Source: a virus (lineage: Duplodnaviria > Caudoviricetes). From it: DNA of 64,000 bases. Both the position numbers and the translations under genes were made by a program. Of this stretch, positions 55,938-64,000 are shown in pieces; the stretch's first letter is position 1, and the number at the start of each line of letters is the position of its first letter. Below the pieces are notes generated by a model. The model did no database searches and had not been told where the DNA came from. It saw only the letters and a program-made list of their open reading frames with translations. The DNA lies in IMG/VR virus record IMGVR_UViG_3300032283_000645, positions 7,009-71,008 of that record. One strand, written 5' to 3'.

Positions 55938-56644
55938 CTGTGAACCGTCATGTCATGACCACGAGTTTCAATAGCACCAACCGCTTCTGGGAAGTGTCGT
56001 GCAATACAGTCTTCGCGCACATATGTCGGAATTTTTAGATAGTGGAGTGCATCATGATGAAAGCATGGGTCGTCTGACATATTTTTGTCCATATCCCATC
56101 TCCAACGGATTCCAGAGAATACGTCTCTTGCAATAAAGATTGCCGCGGCTGATGCCATTGAATCCATAACTGGGAATGGGTACTTTTCAATTGCTGGGCC
56201 ACGCAAGCCATATGTCGTGATGTATGGAGCGCAAAGCGGGTGGTCCATCTCCAACATTTTTGGAAGAATATCGTCTGGTGGCATGGTGTCAGCAGCAAGG
56301 AACAACATATGTGTACATGCAGGATTTGACATTGCAAAATCATTTACCAAGTTCTGACCAACCGTGATGTGGCGAACTCTGTTCTTGGTGCTGACTTCGG
56401 TGCGCCCATCATCTAGTGAATACGTCCAGTAACTACCGCCGATTGTTGCAAGTCTCTCAAGGAATGGCCCAAATGGCTCAATCCCACGTGCATCAACTTG
56501 GATTGCTGCGAAGTAAAAAACATCAGTCCAATTCCCGAACTGCTGATACTGTTCTTTCACTTGTTCTGCATTTCGCATCCACGAACCCCAATGGTCTTCG
56601 TTATCCATAACAAATGCATGTACTGTTGTTCCAATTACAATCAT
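55934..56644 (-). CDS. GT-A fold (family 2-like) glycosyltransferase
   Basis: HMLFLAADTMPP, AAIFIARDVF, SDDPCF; context within a sugar cluster. Confidence 0.65.
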   Translation of the reverse strand: MIVIGTTVHAFVMDNEDHWGSWMRNAEQVKEQYQQFGNWTDVFYFAAIQVDARGIEPFGPFLERLATIGGSYWTYSLDDGRTEVSTKNRVRHITVGQNLVNDFAMSNPACTHMLFLAADTMPPDDILPKMLEMDHPLCAPYITTYGLRGPAIEKYPFPVMDSMASAAAIFIARDVFSGIRWRWDMDKNMSDDPCFHHDALHYLKIPTYVREDCIARHFPEAVGAIETRGHDMTVHR

Positions 56645-56650
56645 ATGTAT

Positions 56651-57745
56651 CTACAATTTCTCTCGTATTTCGGTCATTACGGCTTCCCAATCATCGGCTC
56701 TAGCCTCCATTGAGAAGTTCTTTAACATTTCGTAGTTATGTTCAATCTCATCGCGTCTTGTTTGAACATCCCTTAGTTCATCAAGATGATATATCCACTC
56801 TTCTTGATTGTTTGCAACTCTTCCAATTCCGTTGTCTGCTAAATATTGATACTCTGGTGAATACGATGCAACGAATGGAACTCCAGCAGCCGCATATTCA
56901 AGACCTTTGATGAAGGATTTTGCATGGTTGAAAGGGATGTTGTTTAATGGAACAATCCCAATATCAATCTCTGTAAACAGCTTTGGATACAAGTTGATTG
57001 GGACTAGCGGTTGGATGCGCGAAATGTTCTCATGGATTCCGAGTTGGTCGCATGCTCTTGCCGCACCGTTCTCCGTATGACCAGAATGATGAAAGTACAT
57101 CTTTCTACTGAGTAGATATTTACCAATCCATGGGGACAGAGTTTCTAGGTCGCCAGAACGCCAAGGAGTTGCTCCAACCCACCCGAGTCGTAACCGGTGA
57201 TTCATTCGACCAGTTCGTTTTTTCCATCTCTCAGTATCAATTCCGTTTCGCACCAAATACACATTGTCCCTTTTGGCTTTATAGAAGTCATAGAGAAATG
57301 GACTTGATGTAATTACTGCTGTGGCATTTTGAATTATTTGTGCATAAATTTCACGATTTTCATCTGGGTTGTCATTCGGGTCAGTCGTTTGATATGCCCG
57401 ATTTGTTGGGGATAAACCCTCAAACCAGTCATCAACGTCAACGACAATTTTCTGACCCATTGCCATTGCTGTGGGTAGATACTCAAGAATCTCTTTTTTC
57501 ATCAGAAGTTTAAAAACTATGATGTCCCAACCATGGAGTGCTCGACCGTTATCAACAATCATCCCAAACCCATCTTTTGGGTTGTAGCCAGGCAGCCCCA
57601 GCGCTGTTATCCAACCACGTTTTGCAAGCTGGTCAGCTGGGAGTTTACACCTATACCAAGCACAGCCATTTGGCTGTAGCGGGTCAGTTCCCCAAGCCCA
57701 GTCGCTGGTTAGATAACCAATAGTTTTTTTGGGAGGTTTTTTCAT
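56651..57745 (-). CDS. GT-B fold (family 4-like) glycosyltransferase
   Basis: WYRC.LP, VVDVDDW, RNGID, LGWVGA, DIGIVPL...KSFIKGLEYAAAGVPFVAS; ATG 57745 preferred. Confidence 0.88.
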   Translation of the reverse strand: MKKPPKKTIGYLTSDWAWGTDPLQPNGCAWYRCKLPADQLAKRGWITALGLPGYNPKDGFGMIVDNGRALHGWDIIVFKLLMKKEILEYLPTAMAMGQKIVVDVDDWFEGLSPTNRAYQTTDPNDNPDENREIYAQIIQNATAVITSSPFLYDFYKAKRDNVYLVRNGIDTERWKKRTGRMNHRLRLGWVGATPWRSGDLETLSPWIGKYLLSRKMYFHHSGHTENGAARACDQLGIHENISRIQPLVPINLYPKLFTEIDIGIVPLNNIPFNHAKSFIKGLEYAAAGVPFVASYSPEYQYLADNGIGRVANNQEEWIYHLDELRDVQTRRDEIEHNYEMLKNFSMEARADDWEAVMTEIREKL

Positions 57746-57756
57746 AAAGGTACTGC

Positions 57757-57791
57757 ATGTTAGCACTGTGGTAAAATATCTAAAGGCAAAC
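57757..57791 (-). promoter_or_regulatory. 21-bp-spacer promoter motif upstream of glycosylation cluster (TTGCCT-N21-TAACAT)
   Basis: Counted directly; overlaps the divergent holin promoter (TGGTAAAAT at 57769-57777). Confidence 0.55.
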
Positions 57792-57803
57792 AAGGAGACA
57801 AAC

Positions 57804-58019
57804 ATGACCACCAATTTCCTCAAAGACACAGCCGAGCGTGCAGCCAGAACCTTTATTCAAGCCTATTTGGGTGCTTGGGTGGCAACTGGTGCAGATGCCG
57901 ATGCGTTGGTTAACATTGACAATCTCAAGATTGGTGCAACCGCTGTTGCACTATCCATTGCAATGGCAATGGGTCTCAAGAAGGTCGGCCCAAATAAGGA
58001 GTCTGCTTCAGTCGTTTGA
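57804..58019 (+). CDS. holin, r1t family-like
   Basis: FLKDTAERAARTFIQAYL plus two hydrophobic segments; AAGGAG RBS. Confidence 0.8.
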   Translation: MTTNFLKDTAERAARTFIQAYLGAWVATGADADALVNIDNLKIGATAVALSIAMAMGLKKVGPNKESASVV

Positions 58020-58025
58020 TTGAAA

Positions 58026-58060
58026 ACTTGCTTATTTAATAGCAGTTCCTAATCTACAAT
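58026..58060 (+). promoter_or_regulatory. 21-bp-spacer promoter motif (AC-TTGCTT-N21-TACAAT)
   Basis: Counted directly. Confidence 0.65.
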
Positions 58061-58091
58061 CGTTTAGGCATATGATTAGAAGGGACTGTTC

Positions 58092-58472
58092 ATGATTGCT
58101 GGAATTTACAACATACTCATTGAACAGGGCACAACCTTCTATCGACTCATTGATGTGATGGAGCCAGACGTTCTTGACCCGACCATATTTGAGCCATTTA
58201 ACCTAACTGGGTATACAGCAAGAATGCAGATACGCAGAGACATTGACTCAGAGACACCAATGCTTTCGCTTACGAGCCCGACCGTTAACGGTAATGGAAT
58301 AACCGTTCAAGACGGTGCCAACAATGCATTAAGCATCAACATAACGAATACTGTGACATCCTCGCTGACCAGCAGCGGCATTTACGACTTGGAGATTATT
58401 AAAACTTCAACAGGTTTTGTTAGCAGACTACTTCAAGGCACTATCACCCTATCTCGAGAGGTGACGAGGTGA
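58092..58472 (+). CDS. virion structural protein (Ig/BppU-N-like)
   Basis: YNILIEQGTTF, NLTGYTARMQIR, IYDLEI, RLLQG..T.S.EVT. Confidence 0.65.
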   Translation: MIAGIYNILIEQGTTFYRLIDVMEPDVLDPTIFEPFNLTGYTARMQIRRDIDSETPMLSLTSPTVNGNGITVQDGANNALSINITNTVTSSLTSSGIYDLEIIKTSTGFVSRLLQGTITLSREVTR

Positions 58473-58502
58473 TAAACAACCATCTAATCGGAGAGCTCAA
58501 AA

Positions 58503-59072
58503 ATGCCTGAAATAGTCTCTGTTCTCACTGATACCGCTAACCAAGTCTTCATTAATCAAGACTCACCCAACTTACTACAGGTCAGAGTTGCAAAATCTGG
58601 AGCCGATGGTGCTGGTTACTCAGGGGTAACTTCAACATCAAATGTTGCCATTGGTGGTGGGACAAAGGTGTTCACCCTGAATACCTCGTCTAGTGCCTTT
58701 TCTAGTGGTGCACGTGTTCGCGCGTCTGGTGCAACAGTTACAAACTACATGGAAGGAATTGTAACAATTTCTGGCACCACAATGACTATGTCTTGCGACA
58801 GTTTTGGTGGCAGTGGCTCATTTTCGTCATGGAATATTAATCTTGCTGGTGAAAGGGGTTCCGCTGGTGCGGCTGGAGGTTCGTATGTTCACTACCAGTC
58901 ATCAGCTGCTTCAACATGGACGGTTGCCCACAATTTGGGTTACTACCCTGGCGGAATATCCATCATTGACAGTGCAGAAACTGTTGTAATGGGTGATATA
59001 ACACATACCAGTATAAATTCATTTACTGTTAGCTTTTCGACTTCTTTTTCAGGAAAAGTTTACGTCTCTTAA
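58503..59072 (+). CDS. tail-fibre-like virion protein
   Basis: TSTS..IGGGTK.F, NYMEG, SW.I..AG..G; C-terminal QSSAASTWTVAHNLG module. Confidence 0.6.
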   Translation: MPEIVSVLTDTANQVFINQDSPNLLQVRVAKSGADGAGYSGVTSTSNVAIGGGTKVFTLNTSSSAFSSGARVRASGATVTNYMEGIVTISGTTMTMSCDSFGGSGSFSSWNINLAGERGSAGAAGGSYVHYQSSAASTWTVAHNLGYYPGGISIIDSAETVVMGDITHTSINSFTVSFSTSFSGKVYVS

Positions 59073-59083
59073 CAGAAATTGCT

Positions 59084-59596
59084 TTACTGTGAGCCTATTG
59101 ATAGTCTTGCCACGTCATTCCCGCTGAGGTAAATCCGAGCAAAACTTATCTCAATTTCATCGCCTGCGCCAGTAAGAATGATGTCAACCTGCTTGTAGTG
59201 AATCCCGAATTTTTCGGCAATAGACTGTGCCAATTGCACTGAAATAGCATAGTCTGTGAACCCAACTGGAGATTCTGGACTTTTTGCTGTTTCAAAATTT
59301 GGCGTGGCTACGACATGATGAACCCCACCAGACTGGATTTCTTCTTCGTCAGGGCTCTCAACGACATCTTCTTCAACTAGATTTTCTTCTATATTTTCTT
59401 CGATTGACGGTTGTGGCTCCTCCTCAACTGGTGAGTGTCTAAAGGCAAACTTGTCACTTGTTGTTGAAAAATCATCTTCTGGATGGTCTTGGACTGGTAG
59501 GGGTGCAGGTGTCGGCGATGCCTTTTTGACAGTTTTAACCACTTTCTTGGCAGTCGTCACTGCCTTTTTGGGTGTTATTTTCTTTTTTGTTGCCAT
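59084..59596 (-). CDS. hypothetical protein, Lys-rich N-terminus and acidic centre
   Basis: MATKKKITPKKAVTTAKKVVKTVKKASP; own promoter motif at 59613-59647. Confidence 0.65.
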   Translation of the reverse strand: MATKKKITPKKAVTTAKKVVKTVKKASPTPAPLPVQDHPEDDFSTTSDKFAFRHSPVEEEPQPSIEENIEENLVEEDVVESPDEEEIQSGGVHHVVATPNFETAKSPESPVGFTDYAISVQLAQSIAEKFGIHYKQVDIILTGAGDEIEISFARIYLSGNDVARLSIGSQ

Positions 59597-59612
59597 TGCC
59601 AGAGGATACCAT

Positions 59613-59647
59613 AGCGTAAAATTTTTTATGTCATAATTAAAGCAAGT
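59613..59647 (-). promoter_or_regulatory. 21-bp-spacer promoter motif (AC-TTGCTT-N21-TACGCT)
   Basis: Counted directly. Confidence 0.6.
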
Positions 59648-59680
59648 TGGCAAGTGGGACCCAAAAGCAAAGACGGTGCA

Positions 59681-60136
59681 ATGACTTACAGAATTAAACT
59701 CCGACGTTCAACAGCCGCACAATGGACTGCTGCCAACCCAGTCTTGTTTGCTGGCGAGGTTGGTGTGGAGACCGACACTAACTCTTTCAAAATTGGTGAT
59801 GGCACAACAGCATGGACCTCTCTCTATTATTTTAGAAATGCAAACAATGTTTCCATTAACGATTTTAGTGATGTAACAATTACTAGCGCCAGCGCCGGAC
59901 AGGGGTTGGTGTACAACGGTTCAGCATGGGTCAACAAAGCAACAACTTTTACCTTCACGCAAGCCAGTGCTTCGGCAACGTGGACCATTGCTCACAATCT
60001 TGGTTTCCGCCCTGGTGGTGTTGCAATTGTTGATAGCAACGAAGAAGTCGTTTTTGGCGACATTGTTCATTCGTCAGATAATCAGCTCGTGATAAACTTT
60101 TCCAGTGCTTTTGCTGGAAAAGCATACCTCTCATAA
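59681..60136 (+). CDS. tail-fibre-like protein with Mtd_N/hyaluronidase-N-type N-terminus
   Basis: IKLRRSTAAQWTAANPVLFAGEVGVETDTNSFKIGDGTTAW; C-terminal WTIAHNLG module. Confidence 0.8.
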   Translation: MTYRIKLRRSTAAQWTAANPVLFAGEVGVETDTNSFKIGDGTTAWTSLYYFRNANNVSINDFSDVTITSASAGQGLVYNGSAWVNKATTFTFTQASASATWTIAHNLGFRPGGVAIVDSNEEVVFGDIVHSSDNQLVINFSSAFAGKAYLS

Positions 60137-60152
60137 GGGAAAGTAGTTAAAA

Positions 60153-61739
60153 ATGGCTAAGCACTTAAATAACTTAAACCTTAACAAGAACGAACTCCAG
60201 AACGCGAGGATTCAAAACCTTGCTACGGCTCCTGAGAGCCCAGTTGCTGGTCAGATTTACTTTGACACTGTTGCCAATGCGTTGCTTGTTTACAACGGCA
60301 CAATTTGGGAAGCAGCTGCACTCAGCGGTGTTACTGCTGACGCGGCAGAAATCAATATTCTTGATGGTGCCACCCTCTCTACGACCGAACTTAACTATGT
60401 AGACGGCGTGACTTCTGCGATTCAGACGCAAATTAACACAAAAGCACCAAGTGCTAATGCTTCGTTTACTGGAACCTTCTCTGCTCCGTCTGGAACAATC
60501 ACATCAGACATGATTGCCAACGGCACCATCGTTGATGGTGACATTAATGCATCCGCCGCAATCGCTGACACAAAACTTGCCACCATTGCAACAGCCGGCA
60601 AGGTATCAAACTCAGCAACTACCGCAACTGATTCTGCTGGAAACAACACAATTGTTTCGCGTGATGCTTCGGGCAACTTTGCGGCTGGAACAATCACTGC
60701 TGCATTGAGTGGTAATGCATCAACTGCAACAACACTTGCAACCGCTCGAACAATCTCACTTGGTGGAGACCTTAGCGGTTCGGTATCTTTCAATGGTTCT
60801 GCTGACGTAACTCTCACAGCGACCGTTGGTGCTAACTCAGTTGCACTTGGAACTGACACAACTGGTTCATATGTTGCTTCCTTGGTGGAAGGAACTGGTG
60901 TAACAATCACCAACAATACTGGTGAAGGTGCAACTCCGACCATTGCAATCGGTCAGGCAGTCGGAACATCAAGCAACGTAACCTTCAATGACTTAACCGT
61001 TTCTGGAAACCTTACTGTTAGTGGAACAACCACGACAGTTAATACAGCGGAAATCTTGCTTGAAGACAACATCATTACCCTTAACTCGGGTGCAACTGGT
61101 GCTCCGTCAGCAAATGCTGGTATTGAGATTGAGCGTGGTTCTGCCACAAACACGGCACTTCGTTGGAACGAAACGACCGACACATGGCAGACGACTAACG
61201 ATGGAACGAACTATTACGACATCGTCACGAGCAATACGGCTGCAGCACAGGTAACCGATGCTGCAATCATCGCTGCTGCCGGTGGCGATGGAACTGCTGG
61301 TCAAGCACTTGTTACGGACGGTGCTGGAAATCTTGACTTTGCAACAATTACTGGCACCTCGGAAGCATCAATCATCAGCGCAGTTGGTGCCGACGGTGCT
61401 GCTGGTGCAGTTCTTACCACCAACGGTTCTGGCAACCTCTCCTTCACTACTTCACTCCCTCTTGCTAACGGTGGTACTGGTGGAACAACCGCCGCTACCG
61501 CTCGTGCAAACCTCGGCGCAACAACCAAAGTTTCAGCAAGCGTTGGAAACGGTTCGGCAACATCAATTGTTGTTACCCACAACCTGAACACCCGTGACCT
61601 GCAGGTTCAACTGTTTGAAGTAGCATCACCATACGCGCAAGTATTTACTGACGTGGAACTAACCACAGCAGATACTTTGACGCTGATATTCAGTGTTGCA
61701 CCAACATCAAATCAGTACAGAGTTGTAATTGTAGGTTAA
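60153..61739 (+). CDS. tail-fibre-like virion protein
   Basis: NELQNARIQNLATAP..P..GQIYFDT, GNLTVSGTTTTVN, NAGIEIERG, THNLNT modules. Confidence 0.75.
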   Translation: MAKHLNNLNLNKNELQNARIQNLATAPESPVAGQIYFDTVANALLVYNGTIWEAAALSGVTADAAEINILDGATLSTTELNYVDGVTSAIQTQINTKAPSANASFTGTFSAPSGTITSDMIANGTIVDGDINASAAIADTKLATIATAGKVSNSATTATDSAGNNTIVSRDASGNFAAGTITAALSGNASTATTLATARTISLGGDLSGSVSFNGSADVTLTATVGANSVALGTDTTGSYVASLVEGTGVTITNNTGEGATPTIAIGQAVGTSSNVTFNDLTVSGNLTVSGTTTTVNTAEILLEDNIITLNSGATGAPSANAGIEIERGSATNTALRWNETTDTWQTTNDGTNYYDIVTSNTAAAQVTDAAIIAAAGGDGTAGQALVTDGAGNLDFATITGTSEASIISAVGADGAAGAVLTTNGSGNLSFTTSLPLANGGTGGTTAATARANLGATTKVSASVGNGSATSIVVTHNLNTRDLQVQLFEVASPYAQVFTDVELTTADTLTLIFSVAPTSNQYRVVIVG

Positions 61740-61783
61740 TCCAAACAACCCCGAGGGGTTCATAACAGGTAAGGTCGAGGCCA

Positions 61784-62206
61784 ATGCCAGCATTTTTAGA
61801 CAAGATAAAAGCACGAAAGTTCGCTTCCGCGGCATCCTCTGCTGTTGAAGTTGGTGTCACCGCCGAGAGTGAGCCTCGTCTAAAAGTTGATGCTGGTGGA
61901 AAACTCACCTTTGGTGACGGTTCGGCTGCTGGTGACACAACTCTTTATCGAAGTGCTGCAGACTTACTTAAAACAGACGACGCATTCCAAGCTGTCGCCG
62001 GTGTTATTACCCTCACTACAGCAGGAGCACCAAGTGCATCAATTGCCAACGGCGCTTTGGCGGTAGACACAACGAATGATGCACTGTACTTTAGGTCCAA
62101 CTCAACATGGAATGAAGTAACGACTATCCCAACATCGCTTGATGGTGGAAGTGCTACAGCAATCTATGATGGTGTTGATGATGTTCTAGATGGAGGCGCT
62201 GCTTAA
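61784..62206 (+). CDS. small tail-associated protein
   Basis: GKLTFGDG...DTTLYR, GALAVDTTN..LYFR, LDGG ends. Confidence 0.6.
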   Translation: MPAFLDKIKARKFASAASSAVEVGVTAESEPRLKVDAGGKLTFGDGSAAGDTTLYRSAADLLKTDDAFQAVAGVITLTTAGAPSASIANGALAVDTTNDALYFRSNSTWNEVTTIPTSLDGGSATAIYDGVDDVLDGGAA

Positions 62207-62207
62207 T

Positions 62208-64000
62208 ATGTCAACAAGAATTAGATTTAGAAGAGACACTGCAGCTAACTGGACATCAAACAACCCGACCCTAACAACGGGTGAACTTGGCTATGAAACC
62301 AATACTGGTAAATTTAAGATTGGCAACAATACCGATGCATGGACAGCTCTCCCCTATTCAATCACGGCTGAATTAGCCGAGGGAAATCTTAATGACCTCA
62401 AAGATGTCATCATTACCAGCGCCGCAGCCGGTGATGTCCTCAGATGGAATGGCACTGCATGGATTAACGACCCAATCAATCTAAGCACAGACACGATTGG
62501 TAGTTATGTTGAATCGTTGGTTGCTGGAACCGGTGTCTCCCTATCCAACAACTCTGGAGAAGGTGCAACCCCAACTGTCGCAATCGGACAATCAGTTGCA
62601 ACTAGTGCATCTGTTTCATTTGCAAGACTTGAAACAACAGGAAATGTTGTTGTAGGTGGAAACCTCACCGTTTCTGGAACTACAACGACAATCAACTCAG
62701 AAACACTTACCGTTGACGACAACATCATTGTTCTGAACAACAACGCAACTGGCGCTCCAAGTGAGAATGCAGGTATCGAGATTGAGCGTGGCTCTTCGGC
62801 CAATGTTTCAATTCGTTGGAACGAAACAACCGATAAATGGGAAACCACCACGGACGGTTCAACCTATGTTGACATCAGCGACCACGGCTCGCTTGGCGGG
62901 TTGGCTGATGATGACCACACGCAATACATGACAAATGCTCGGCACGATGCATATGACCACACTACCGTGATGGGTACAGTGCAACTCACCGACCTCAACG
63001 ATGTAAATACAAATGCAACGCCAGCGAACAATACCTTTCTTCGTTATAACGAAGGAGCATGGGTAGATACAGCCATAACACTTGGGACAAACACAACTGG
63101 AAATTATGTGGAGTCGCTTACCGCTGGTACGGGTGTAACTCTTACAAATGCAACTGCCTCAGAGGGAGGCACTCCGACTATTGCAATTGGTCAAGATGTC
63201 GCCTCATCTACCGCTCCAACATTTGCTGGTTTGACTCTAAATGGAAACATTGTTTTTGAAGGTGCAACTGCTAATGAGTTTGAAACAACACTTGCAGTAA
63301 CCGACCCAACCGCAGATAGGACAATTACACTTCCTGATGCATCAACAACTTTGGTTGGAACAGATGCTACTCAAACTCTTACCAACAAGACCCTCACAAG
63401 TCCGACTATTACTGGGGTGTCACCAGTAATCACACTTGCTGGGGATTTGAGCGGTAGTGCAACATTCACCGATTTAGGGAATACAACTCTCACCGCAACA
63501 ATTGCCGCAAATTCTGTGGCTCTTGGAACAGACACAACTGGAAACTATGTCTCGGACATAACTGCCGGTACGGGTGTCACTGTTACACATACCCCAGGTG
63601 AAGGGTCAAGCCCTACTATCGCAATTGGTCAATCTATTGCCACAAGTGCAAACCCTTCGTTTGCTGGAGCAACACTTGATTTAGTTCAAATCGGCATTAC
63701 TGCCGCAGGAGAAATTGATACAACATCTGGCAATTTAACAATTGACTCGGCTGGCGGAACTGTAACAGTTGATGACAACCTTACGGTAACTGGCAACTTA
63801 ACAGTTTCGGGCACCACAACAAGTATCAATACTGAAACTTTAACTGTTGATGACAATATCATTATATTAAACAATAATGAAGCAGGTACTCCATCGCAAA
63901 ACGCTGGCATTGAAGTTGAGCGCGGTACTTCAACAAACGTAGTTCTTCGTTGGAATGAGACAACTGACAAGTGGGAAGCCACAAACGACGGTTCAACTTA
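62208..64000 (+). CDS. tail-fibre-like protein, 3'-truncated; not in ORF track
   Basis: I translated it open from ATG 62208 to the window end: MSTRIRFRRDTAANWTSNNPTLTTGELGYETNTGKFKIG (Mtd_N-like), DHGSLGGLADDDHTQY, repeated fibre modules. Confidence 0.85.
   Translation, partial: MSTRIRFRRDTAANWTSNNPTLTTGELGYETNTGKFKIGNNTDAWTALPYSITAELAEGNLNDLKDVIITSAAAGDVLRWNGTAWINDPINLSTDTIGSYVESLVAGTGVSLSNNSGEGATPTVAIGQSVATSASVSFARLETTGNVVVGGNLTVSGTTTTINSETLTVDDNIIVLNNNATGAPSENAGIEIERGSSANVSIRWNETTDKWETTTDGSTYVDISDHGSLGGLADDDHTQYMTNARHDAYDHTTVMGTVQLTDLNDVNTNATPANNTFLRYNEGAWVDTAITLGTNTTGNYVESLTAGTGVTLTNATASEGGTPTIAIGQDVASSTAPTFAGLTLNGNIVFEGATANEFETTLAVTDPTADRTITLPDASTTLVGTDATQTLTNKTLTSPTITGVSPVITLAGDLSGSATFTDLGNTTLTATIAANSVALGTDTTGNYVSDITAGTGVTVTHTPGEGSSPTIAIGQSIATSANPSFAGATLDLVQIGITAAGEIDTTSGNLTIDSAGGTVTVDDNLTVTGNLTVSGTTTSINTETLTVDDNIIILNNNEAGTPSQNAGIEVERGTSTNVVLRWNETTDKWEATNDGST

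Noticed and set aside
778-63982. Numerous 60-180 aa track ORFs nested in or antisense to long genes
   Set aside because: Shadow ORFs with no RBS or motifs, fully overlapping well-supported CDSs.
59681-64000. Diversity-generating retroelement suggested by Mtd_N-like domains and duplicated segments
   Set aside because: No reverse transcriptase in the window; the duplicated modules differ throughout, not only at adenines.
1-64000. tRNA/rRNA genes, integrase, transposase, stop-codon reassignment, terminase small subunit
   Set aside because: No cloverleaf or recognisable motifs were seen by eye; long ORFs tile the window under the standard code; no ORF could be confidently called TerS.

Overview
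Part of a large tailed-phage genome with an HK97-fold capsid and a contractile (myovirus-type) tail. An r1t-type holin and apparently leaderless transcripts point to an actinobacterial host (inference). Layout: class II ribonucleotide reductase (+); a ~27 kb head module on the minus strand (small membrane protein, portal, a 4096-aa prohead-protease-headed giant, five to seven accessory proteins of up to 1478 aa, major capsid protein, thermonuclease, HiPIP-like protein); then on + the terminase, Rad52/Sak, RecB-like nuclease, HNH, RuvC, ParB/IbrA/IbrB-like genes, neck, sheath, tube, chaperone, tape measure and baseplate; an inverted glycosylation cluster; holin; tail-fibre-like genes running off the end. 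The main discovery candidate is the giant protein. Its HK97-type maturation protease is followed by about 3,900 aa divided by 22 copies of a G[FL][AGPS]S[RLMGQ] linker into modules that include a complete ArdC anti-restriction protein, five KTSC domains, acidic DNA-mimic-like blocks and HTH-like units. This suggests a self-processing polyprotein that loads counter-defence cargo into the capsid. A second novel signal is a promoter-like motif with a fixed 21-bp spacer (TT[GC]C..-N21-TAnnnT) in eight non-coding or gene-start positions. All family assignments come from motif recognition by eye; no database searches were run.
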